A stretch of 64,000 bases of DNA from Sulfuricurvum sp. (GTDB lineage: Bacteria > Campylobacterota > Campylobacteria > Campylobacterales > Sulfurimonadaceae), in the NCBI RefSeq assembly GCF_028688295.1, contig NZ_JAQTYM010000004.1:643-64642 (forward strand), given 5' to 3'. Both the position numbers and the translations under genes were made by a program. Below, one piece after another: positions 55,421-64,000 of the stretch. Position 1 is the stretch's first letter, and every line of letters begins with the position of its first letter. The notes under the pieces are model-generated. The model worked only from the letters and a program-made list of their open reading frames with translations. It was not told where the DNA came from and did not search any database.

Positions 55421-55926
55421 ATAGAAAGCAATCCTGATTTTAAAACTAACTGCCAGAGTATTGCGGAAGTGATACCTGCGGCGAATCCGGCGATGATGTC
55501 ATCTCCCATCACACCCAATCCCCCTTTGGCTTCACGATCGATTCGGCCGATAATTGAGGGTTTTTTGATATCATAAATGCGAAAAAAGATAAAGCTAAGA
55601 ACTATTTGGAACGCGATACCGTTATTCCACTGCATCAGTGTCGCCATGTCAAATCCGATCCCCGGAGCGATAGAGAGGGCGAACCATAATCCGACGAGTT
55701 CATCGATAACAATCCTCTGATCATCATGATTTCCAGAGGAAGCTTCATAGGCATTGATACTTTTAATCGCGATGAGGGTGATGAGTAATGCAGCCAAGAA
55801 GAGGGTTTGGGGACCGAGATATAAGAGGATTGCCACTCCTAATGGGAGGGATGCAAGGGTTCCCATTGTTCCGGGTGCTTTGGGAGAAAGTCCGCTGTAT
55901 CCGACGGTAAGAAAAAACCAATTCAT
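55417..55926 (-). CDS. pgpA: Phosphatidylglycerophosphatase A
   Basis: GLSPKAPGTMGT, IVIDELVG, FFRIYDIKKP, GVMGDDIIAG. Confidence 0.94.
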   Translation of the reverse strand: MNWFFLTVGYSGLSPKAPGTMGTLASLPLGVAILLYLGPQTLFLAALLITLIAIKSINAYEASSGNHDDQRIVIDELVGLWFALSIAPGIGFDMATLMQWNNGIAFQIVLSFIFFRIYDIKKPSIIGRIDREAKGGLGVMGDDIIAGFAAGITSAILWQLVLKSGLLSI

Positions 55927-55934
55927 AAAGAGCC

Positions 55935-57125
55935 TTACGTTAAAGAGGTAGTTTGGTATAAGCGCATAAGTTCGACGTAAAAATCTTTTTCGGTGTGCTC
56001 TTCGAGGAGACCGTTGACGGGCATGATGTCATAATAGAGCTTCGCGAGATTTTTAAATCGGTTCGGGTAAAGTGACGCGACAATCATAGATGATATCTCT
56101 TTACGTACCAACACTGCTGGAGGAAGAAGTCCTTGTTGCATCAGTTCTAAAATTGATTCGGAATGGTACGAGATGTGGTGATGGTGTCCGTGTGGACAGG
56201 TTTGTATACTCACTAATGTTTTACACTGATTACAGTAAACGTATTCACTCGAAATCCCCACTTCGATATCAATCCCGACAAGTCTATCGATAATCGATTT
56301 ATTGGCATTGTGGTCGTAATACATCCCGATTCCGGCATGATTTTGGCCGATCATGAGACGATTACACCCATAGTTTTTGGCAACGATAGCATCGAGGATG
56401 ACTTCATTACTTCCGGCAAAAATATAGCTGCTCTCCAAAGGGACGATGACAACACGATTTTGAGGGAGATAGTTCTCCACAAAAAATTCCAGCGTTTGGT
56501 AGCGGAGATCGTATTTGAGATCCGCATTATTGTAGGGTTTTAGGAGGAAAATAATGATTAAATCGGTACGTTCTAAGCTTTGACGAATAAGGCGTTCATG
56601 GGCACGATGAAGTGGATTTGCCGCCATAAACAAAGCGGTTACATGCGTTGCCCCAATTTGTTCTTTGGCTTCTTTAATCATCGATTGTATGGATTGCACA
56701 CTGCTTAAATTAATCGAATAATCACCGCAGATAGCATATTTTCCGAGTCGTTTATGGGTCGCATTTACCCCCGGGTGAGAAAGGTCTTCTGTACCGTAAA
56801 TTTGATGCAAGCGTTCACGTGGATCGATGGGGTAAACTTCATCCACACACAGTTCACCAACGAGGATATTGTCGCAAATCAGATCAAGGATTTCCCCTTT
56901 ATATGCGGTCGTAAGAATAGTTTCATTTACTTTTCCATTGGGGGAAAGAATGAGGGGAAAAGGGAAGGTTTTTCCCATAAACATGCCACTGCTAAGAACT
57001 TCTTTGCTTTGCTTTTCATTCATGAGTGCCGTTACCGGACTGAGCATTCCGGATTTAAGAAGAGTGAGGGCGGATACGGCCTCTTGGTCGATAAAGAGAG
57101 CTCTATTTTTTCTTGACGATGCCAT
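55935..57125 (-). CDS. ATP sulfurylase (Sat)-like protein with degenerate active-site motif
   Basis: Sat fold: NPLHRAHE, NYGCNRLMIGQNHAG, Zn site CNQC..CPH. The canonical QTRN is replaced by MAAN. Confidence 0.8.
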   Translation of the reverse strand: MASSRKNRALFIDQEAVSALTLLKSGMLSPVTALMNEKQSKEVLSSGMFMGKTFPFPLILSPNGKVNETILTTAYKGEILDLICDNILVGELCVDEVYPIDPRERLHQIYGTEDLSHPGVNATHKRLGKYAICGDYSINLSSVQSIQSMIKEAKEQIGATHVTALFMAANPLHRAHERLIRQSLERTDLIIIFLLKPYNNADLKYDLRYQTLEFFVENYLPQNRVVIVPLESSYIFAGSNEVILDAIVAKNYGCNRLMIGQNHAGIGMYYDHNANKSIIDRLVGIDIEVGISSEYVYCNQCKTLVSIQTCPHGHHHHISYHSESILELMQQGLLPPAVLVRKEISSMIVASLYPNRFKNLAKLYYDIMPVNGLLEEHTEKDFYVELMRLYQTTSLT

Positions 57126-57990
57126 ATTTCTTTCTCTTTTCCCATAAGCTTTTACGTGATATACCGAGTTTTTTAGAGAGTTCCGTATCAGGGAAACGGT
57201 TTTGGAAATGGATCATGATGTATTTTACATATTCTTCGATCGGTAAAATTTCTCCTTGATCGAATAGGTGGCTTTCACTTTCGATTTCAATTAATTTGAA
57301 AGGGGGATTGTCGATGGGATCGGTACTGGCAATAATGCATTTTTTACCACTAATAAGTTCATAAAAAGCTTTATGCTCACTTTTTTTAAGATTTTGAAAA
57401 TCGGTAATAAAGAGGAGAACATCTTCACCTAATGCGGTAATATCTGCAAATGCTTTTGCGGAAGCAAGAGAGATAAACTGCAGAGGTTTATCATGGTGTG
57501 CCGCGTAGCGAAATGCAAAAGCATCAGCATATTTTTGATATCCGCTGCAGATAAAGAGAGGCAGTTCGGTTTTGTCCATATCTTCATCAACATTGATCGA
57601 ATTAAAGGTGTGGGTGAGATAACGCTCATAGGTTTGATTTTGACGACGGAGACGTTCATGGTTTTGAAAGTGTTGGATTTTACGGATAAGTTCTTCGATC
57701 ATAAACGGTTTGAGGATGTAATCTTTGGCACCTGCTGCGAGGGGTTTAGAGACGGTATCGTTACTCACGTAGCTCACCATCAAGATAACAACGGCATTTT
57801 TATACGCTTCAATAACGGGATAAATATCTTGACCACTAATGTTGGTTGAGAGGAGAACCACATCATAGGGGGCCCCTTTTAGACCCTCTTTGGTTGAACT
57901 GGAGATATCACAGTTGTGACTTAAGTCACTGAGCTTTGAAGCAATACTTTGCGCCAAGTAAATTTCATTTTCGATAATGAGTATGTTCAT
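57103..57990 (-). CDS. Atypical orphan response regulator (HP1021/Cj1608-like) with Fis-type HTH
   Basis: REC with YDVVLLS (Ser at the phospho-Asp position), YILKPF, C-terminal DTELSKKLGISRKSLWEKRKK; ATG overlaps the ispDF stop. Confidence 0.82.
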   Translation of the reverse strand: MNILIIENEIYLAQSIASKLSDLSHNCDISSSTKEGLKGAPYDVVLLSTNISGQDIYPVIEAYKNAVVILMVSYVSNDTVSKPLAAGAKDYILKPFMIEELIRKIQHFQNHERLRRQNQTYERYLTHTFNSINVDEDMDKTELPLFICSGYQKYADAFAFRYAAHHDKPLQFISLASAKAFADITALGEDVLLFITDFQNLKKSEHKAFYELISGKKCIIASTDPIDNPPFKLIEIESESHLFDQGEILPIEEYVKYIMIHFQNRFPDTELSKKLGISRKSLWEKRKKYGIVKKK

Positions 57991-59108
57991 CCGTTTTTCC
58001 AATCAAAATAGTGTACTGATGCAGTGGCAATGACACCGAGTCCTTCTTTTCGCCCGATAAATCCTAAATGCTCCGTTGTTGTTGCTTTGATGTTCACACG
58101 CGCAGTAGGAATGTGAAGTAATGAGGCGAGGCGTGATCGCATCAAATCTTTATAAGGGGCAATTTTCGGGGCTTGTGCGATGATCGTAATATCCGCGTGG
58201 AGTATCACAAAACCAAAATGGTGGAGCTTTTCGACACATCGCTCTAAGAGCACTTTTGAATCGATATTCTTATAAGCAGTGTCTGTATCTGGAAATAACA
58301 TCCCAATATCTCCCAAACAAGCGGCACCAAGAAGAGCATCAATGAGGGCGTGTATCGCTACATCACCATCGCTATGGGCTTTAAAGCCAACAGGGCTATC
58401 GATCTCTACACCCGCGAGTACCATTGGTTTTCCCTCTTCGAAAGGGTGAACATCAAACCCATTCCCGGTAAAGACATAGTGTGCTGGAGGGCTTAGACAC
58501 TCAAGTGCGGTAATGTCTCCTGCTAGGGTTAGTTTGGCTGCGCGTTCATCACCAGGGATAAAATGGCGTGTTCCTCCATAGGCAACAACGGCACTGCTCT
58601 CATCGGTATATTCGATATCGCTTTCTAAGGCACGGCGTAATATATCGGTTCTGGAGAGCTGCGGGGTTTGTATCCGTTTGACGTGTTCACGGGTGATGGT
58701 CTCATTGTTGTAGACAACGGTATCGTGAACCTCTAGCGCAGGAACAATCGTATCGGCTACTCCTTGATGCGCAATCAAGCGTTTAATTAGTTCAGGATCG
58801 ACACAGGCCCGAGCAATATCGCTCACCATAACATAAGGGGTTTTGACCTCTTTGAGGGCATTTTTAAGTGATTGTTGGCGGGTATCTCCCCCGGAAACAA
58901 CCCTAAAATCGCATAAAGGGGTTATAAAAGGGATTTCATTAGCATGAGCAGAGAGGATAATCGTAACTTCGGGGAGAGATTCTTTGATACGGTTGGTAAC
59001 ATAAAGCCATAACGGATCATGCCCAATACGAAGCCATTGTTTTTTGACGGGAATTTTAAAACGGGTTGAATTACCTGCGGCAAGCAAAACAAGGGTCAAA
59101 TCAGACAA
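57987..59108 (-). CDS. ispDF: Bifunctional IspD/IspF
   Basis: LAAGNSTRF...KQWL (IspD); GNGFDVHPF, HSDGDVAIHAL.DALLGA, GDIGMLFPD, NIKATTTE (IspF). TTG start after AGGA. Confidence 0.95.
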   Translation of the reverse strand: MSDLTLVLLAAGNSTRFKIPVKKQWLRIGHDPLWLYVTNRIKESLPEVTIILSAHANEIPFITPLCDFRVVSGGDTRQQSLKNALKEVKTPYVMVSDIARACVDPELIKRLIAHQGVADTIVPALEVHDTVVYNNETITREHVKRIQTPQLSRTDILRRALESDIEYTDESSAVVAYGGTRHFIPGDERAAKLTLAGDITALECLSPPAHYVFTGNGFDVHPFEEGKPMVLAGVEIDSPVGFKAHSDGDVAIHALIDALLGAACLGDIGMLFPDTDTAYKNIDSKVLLERCVEKLHHFGFVILHADITIIAQAPKIAPYKDLMRSRLASLLHIPTARVNIKATTTEHLGFIGRKEGLGVIATASVHYFDWKNG

Positions 59109-59314
59109 AATGTATCCTATTTTGAAAACTGTTACGAAATTATACACTCAAAAAGCTTTTTTTTATCTTGTTTTTGATAAATTATAGAATAGAGCTAAAG
59201 AAGATGCAGGTATCATTTCCTAAATCCTCTTGAAATTTTTCATCTACATTAAAAGAGAGTCTACCCTTTTAGGGGCTCTTCTTTATAAGTCCAATATCGT
59301 TTATTAAAAAATGA

Positions 59315-60760
<1,446 letters not shown>

Positions 60761-60782
60761 AAATTATTAAGGAGATACAAAT

Positions 60783-61955
60783 ATGACAGAAGAAATTGTA
60801 AAATCAGCATTATCAAAAGTTACTTATCCGGGATTCACAAAAGACATCGTGACCTTCGGATTCGTCAAAGAGATTAAAATTGAGGGCTCAAACGTTAGTG
60901 TAACGGTTGATATTACTTCAAGTGCACCTGAAGTGGCACATCAAATTACGGTAGAAGCAACCGATGAGCTTAAACGTGCCGGTGCAAATGATGTGGTAGT
61001 TAATATCACAGCTCCAAAAATGCCTCGTGAGAGCTCATCCAAGGGTAAAAATATAGCTCCTCAGGTGAAAAACTTTATCATGGTAAGTTCAGGTAAAGGG
61101 GGAGTCGGTAAATCGACCACTTCGGTTAACCTCGCGGTAGCTCTTGCGATGCAGGGGAAAAAAGTGGGTCTTTTGGATGCTGATATTTATGGTCCTAATA
61201 TTCCTCGTATGATGGGGCTTGATGGTCAAAAACCTGAAGTGGTTGGAAACAAAGTTCTCCCATTAAAAGCGTATGGTGTCGAAGTGATGTCAATGGGCTC
61301 ACTTATGGAAGAGGGGCAATCGCTCATCTGGCGCGGTGCGATGATCATGAAAGCGATCGAGCAGTTCTTGCGCGATATTCTATGGTCGGATTTGGACTGT
61401 CTCGTTATCGATATGCCTCCGGGTACCGGTGATGCACAACTCACGTTGGCGCAAAGTGTTCCGGTAACCGTAGGGGTTACAGTGACAACACCACAAATGG
61501 TCTCCCTCGATGATTCTCGCCGTAGTTTGGATATGTTTAAAAAACTTCATATCCCGATCGCAGGTGTTATCGAAAATATGTCTGGGTTTATCGCTCCCGA
61601 TACCGGAGTTGAGTATGACATTTTCGGAAAAGGGACATCAAAAGTGATGGCGGATCAGTTTGAGACGTGCATCCTTGCCGAAATCCCAATCGAGCCCGCT
61701 ATCCGAACGGGTGGGGATGAAGGGAAACCGGTAACCTACTACGCACCGACTTCTGAAACGGCGAAACGTTATATGAAGGCGGCGGAAGATCTTTGGGCTA
61801 CCATCGAGAAAATTAACGAAGAGGGTGGTGTCGATAACCAAGCGATACAGCCGAATACCCCTCCGGGTGTTTCAGCGTGTTCCACTGCCGCTGCACCAAA
61901 ACAAGAAGCACCTGCTTCTAGCGGAAGTTGCGGCACAGGTTGCGGCTGTCACTAA
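60783..61955 (+). CDS. mrp: Mrp/ApbC Fe-S cluster carrier ATPase
   Basis: N-terminal DUF59-like domain, SGKGGVGKST, DADIYGPNIP, DMPPGTGD, ENMS; Cys-rich tail SCGTGCGCH. Confidence 0.93.
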   Translation: MTEEIVKSALSKVTYPGFTKDIVTFGFVKEIKIEGSNVSVTVDITSSAPEVAHQITVEATDELKRAGANDVVVNITAPKMPRESSSKGKNIAPQVKNFIMVSSGKGGVGKSTTSVNLAVALAMQGKKVGLLDADIYGPNIPRMMGLDGQKPEVVGNKVLPLKAYGVEVMSMGSLMEEGQSLIWRGAMIMKAIEQFLRDILWSDLDCLVIDMPPGTGDAQLTLAQSVPVTVGVTVTTPQMVSLDDSRRSLDMFKKLHIPIAGVIENMSGFIAPDTGVEYDIFGKGTSKVMADQFETCILAEIPIEPAIRTGGDEGKPVTYYAPTSETAKRYMKAAEDLWATIEKINEEGGVDNQAIQPNTPPGVSACSTAAAPKQEAPASSGSCGTGCGCH

Positions 61956-61963
61956 CTCTTTTA

Positions 61964-61988
61964 TTTTCCCCTTGAAATGAGGGGAAAA
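61964..61988 (+). terminator. Hairpin/intrinsic terminator after mrp
   Basis: TTTTCCCCT-TGAAATG-AGGGGAAAA. Confidence 0.6.
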
Positions 61989-62058
61989 GACATCTTTTTT
62001 ATAACTCTAATCTTTTTTTCAGTATAATCGATTACTTTACGTAACGAAGTCAGGAATA

Positions 62059-63855
62059 ATGAAAAAAAAGAGTACATTTTTTACCCTCTCCCTCTCTATC
62101 GTCTCCATAATAATCTTGTTTGTTGTGATTATAGCTGCAACGTTTCGCTACATGGCATTGGACTCTGCACAGAGTAGAGCAGAGTTGGCCGGAAATATTG
62201 TCCGAGAATCATTAACCTCTCATATGATTACAGGCAGTTCTGATTATCAAGAGAAGCTTTTGAAACAAATCGATGCTGTAGAGGGGATGAGGGCCGCTTG
62301 GGTAGTACGGTCAGAATCGCTTACGCGCCAATATGGACAAGGTATTTATCTGCAAGAAGCGCGTGATGATATTGATCATGCAGTATTACGAACTGGAAAG
62401 TCTGTCAATAACGTTTCGGGAACATTATTCTCTAATACCCTTTATCGCCTCTCAATTCCTTATATTGCAACAACAGAGCACGGTAAAATCGATTGCTTGA
62501 GCTGTCATAATGCCGCAGTAGGGGATGTTTTAGGTGTTGTATCGATTGAGATGGAGATTAATGATCTTAAAGTGAGCGGTTTGGTTGCTACTCTTATCGC
62601 TATCATCGTTCTAATCACGTTGGGGGTCTATCTCCTCAAGAGTGTTCGTCGTTTTATTAAATCGTATAAAGAGACACTCGATGATATTGCAGTAACGATG
62701 GAGAGGGCTGAGGGGGGTGATTATACCCATCGTGTTACGCAGAGTGAGAATGCTGATGGGCATTATGCCGCGATGTGGACCAACTCTTTGATGGAAAAAT
62801 TAGAGACTACGCTGATTGATAGCAGTGAGAAAATGGGCTCATTAATCCAGTTGGACAAGCCCAACACCGATCCTCTTTATACACTGCAAATGGGAGTTCA
62901 TCAGCTTTTTGAAGTTGAACGTTTCCGAAAAGCGATCGAAAAAGATCAAAATATCGAAGAGGTATACGGACGGATTATTGCCTTGCTCCGAACTCGTTGG
63001 AATTTGAGTGATTTTAATATTTTAGAAGTAAATCCTCTGGATAAATCGACCCATGTAGTTCACAGTGAAAAGACACTTTTGTGTGATGCTGCCAGCGGAT
63101 GCCGTGCTGATAGAACAACGGATACAGTAGACTCAAGCCAATGTGAGGTTGCGTGTCCAAAAATGATCGATCCTAGTGCTCATTATATATGTCGAAGTTA
63201 TCCTATCGTTGATGAACTCGATATTGTGATTTCACTCGTGAGTTATGATTCTCGTGATAGTGTAAAATTTCGTTTAGTATTGGAACAGTTGGGGAATTAT
63301 ATTAATGCTTCACGTCTTCAAATAATCAATAAGAAATTACAAAATACCGTTCGTATCGACCTACTCACACGGCTTTATAACCGTGCTTATCTCGAAGAGC
63401 TGAGTAGATTGATTAATGCTCAGTCAAAACGAATTATGATCCCTTATGGGGTACTGATGGTAGATATGGATGGATTTGATGCCATTAATCAATCATATGA
63501 TGCGAATGTTGCGGATGAGGTGATAAAAGCGATGGCACGTAATATCCAAGAGACGTTGCAGCAAGGAGATATCCTCATTCGTTATGGCGGAGATACCTTT
63601 GCCGTTGTCTTGTATGACTACGAGGCTGATAGAGTTCAAGAGATTGCAGAGGCGATTCACACTCTCTTTAAAAAGAAAATTCGTGTCAATACGTATGCTA
63701 TTTTGAAAACCGTGAGTATCGGTATTACCCTCTTTCCTGAACAGACGCAAGATATGATTGAGGGGATTGAGTTTGCAAAACGCTCATTGTTAGAAGCTAA
63801 ACACCAAGGGGGAAATTGCTCCCTTGTTTATGATCCAAAAAGAATGATTATTTAA
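62059..63855 (+). CDS. Membrane sensor: heme-c (CxxCH) periplasmic domain, HAMP-like, Cys-rich GAF-like, degenerate GGDEF
   Basis: RLSIPYIA...DCLSCH..GDVLGV; RIDLLTRLYNR; RYGGDTF; SIGITLFP. Confidence 0.85.
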   Translation: MKKKSTFFTLSLSIVSIIILFVVIIAATFRYMALDSAQSRAELAGNIVRESLTSHMITGSSDYQEKLLKQIDAVEGMRAAWVVRSESLTRQYGQGIYLQEARDDIDHAVLRTGKSVNNVSGTLFSNTLYRLSIPYIATTEHGKIDCLSCHNAAVGDVLGVVSIEMEINDLKVSGLVATLIAIIVLITLGVYLLKSVRRFIKSYKETLDDIAVTMERAEGGDYTHRVTQSENADGHYAAMWTNSLMEKLETTLIDSSEKMGSLIQLDKPNTDPLYTLQMGVHQLFEVERFRKAIEKDQNIEEVYGRIIALLRTRWNLSDFNILEVNPLDKSTHVVHSEKTLLCDAASGCRADRTTDTVDSSQCEVACPKMIDPSAHYICRSYPIVDELDIVISLVSYDSRDSVKFRLVLEQLGNYINASRLQIINKKLQNTVRIDLLTRLYNRAYLEELSRLINAQSKRIMIPYGVLMVDMDGFDAINQSYDANVADEVIKAMARNIQETLQQGDILIRYGGDTFAVVLYDYEADRVQEIAEAIHTLFKKKIRVNTYAILKTVSIGITLFPEQTQDMIEGIEFAKRSLLEAKHQGGNCSLVYDPKRMII

Positions 63856-63864
63856 AGCGATACA

Positions 63865-64000
63865 TTAAAATTGATCGCCGCTGTGCATACTGGCCTCAAA
63901 CTCGATAACACGGTTACGTCCGGTGTGCTTCCCTTCATAAAGAGCCAAGTCGGCGTATTTAATCACTTTCCAGATAGAATCGGCTTGCGTTGGGAAATGG
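63865..64000 (-). CDS. 3' end of a GGDEF-domain protein (gene starts beyond the right edge)
   Basis: Manual translation HFPTQADSIWKVIKYADLALYEGKHTGRNRVIEF...* matches the C-terminus of a GGDEF domain. Confidence 0.85.
   Translation of the reverse strand, partial: HFPTQADSIWKVIKYADLALYEGKHTGRNRVIEFEASMHSGDQF

Overview
64 kb of chromosome from a free-living Campylobacterota (Epsilonproteobacteria) cell. A Sulfuricurvum/Sulfurimonas-like sulfur oxidiser is inferred from gene content and from conserved blocks such as rppH-lysC-hobA-holB-folP and ispDF-HP1021-like regulator-sat-like-pgpA. The left edge (1-2328) is one end of a Tn7-like transposon: tnsA, a tnsB missing from the ORF track because it runs off the window, and a terminal TGT with repeated TnsB-type sites. 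The element has inserted into and decapitated the competence gene dprA. The rest is mostly housekeeping genes (queA, tatBC, hemW, hup, pyk, cmoA, nth, fba, aroK, hisD, thiC, mrp). Interspersed are: a SorAB-type sulfite:cytochrome c oxidoreductase; a K+ operon in which an unannotated 34-aa membrane peptide and a minimal KdpD/KdpE pair precede ktrBA; a signalling island (PAS-GGDEF-EAL, an inverted kinase-PAS chimera with a nonsense-truncated tail, an OmpR-type regulator, a split Aer/CetAB-like receptor) with a recurring 11-bp-phased RGTCAY box; two heme-c-motif sensors; and a Tat-exported Psr/Ttr/Arr-family molybdoenzyme operon with unusual accessory genes. No rRNA, tRNA or CRISPR array was seen. 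All assignments come from motif reading and recalled family knowledge; no database searches were run.
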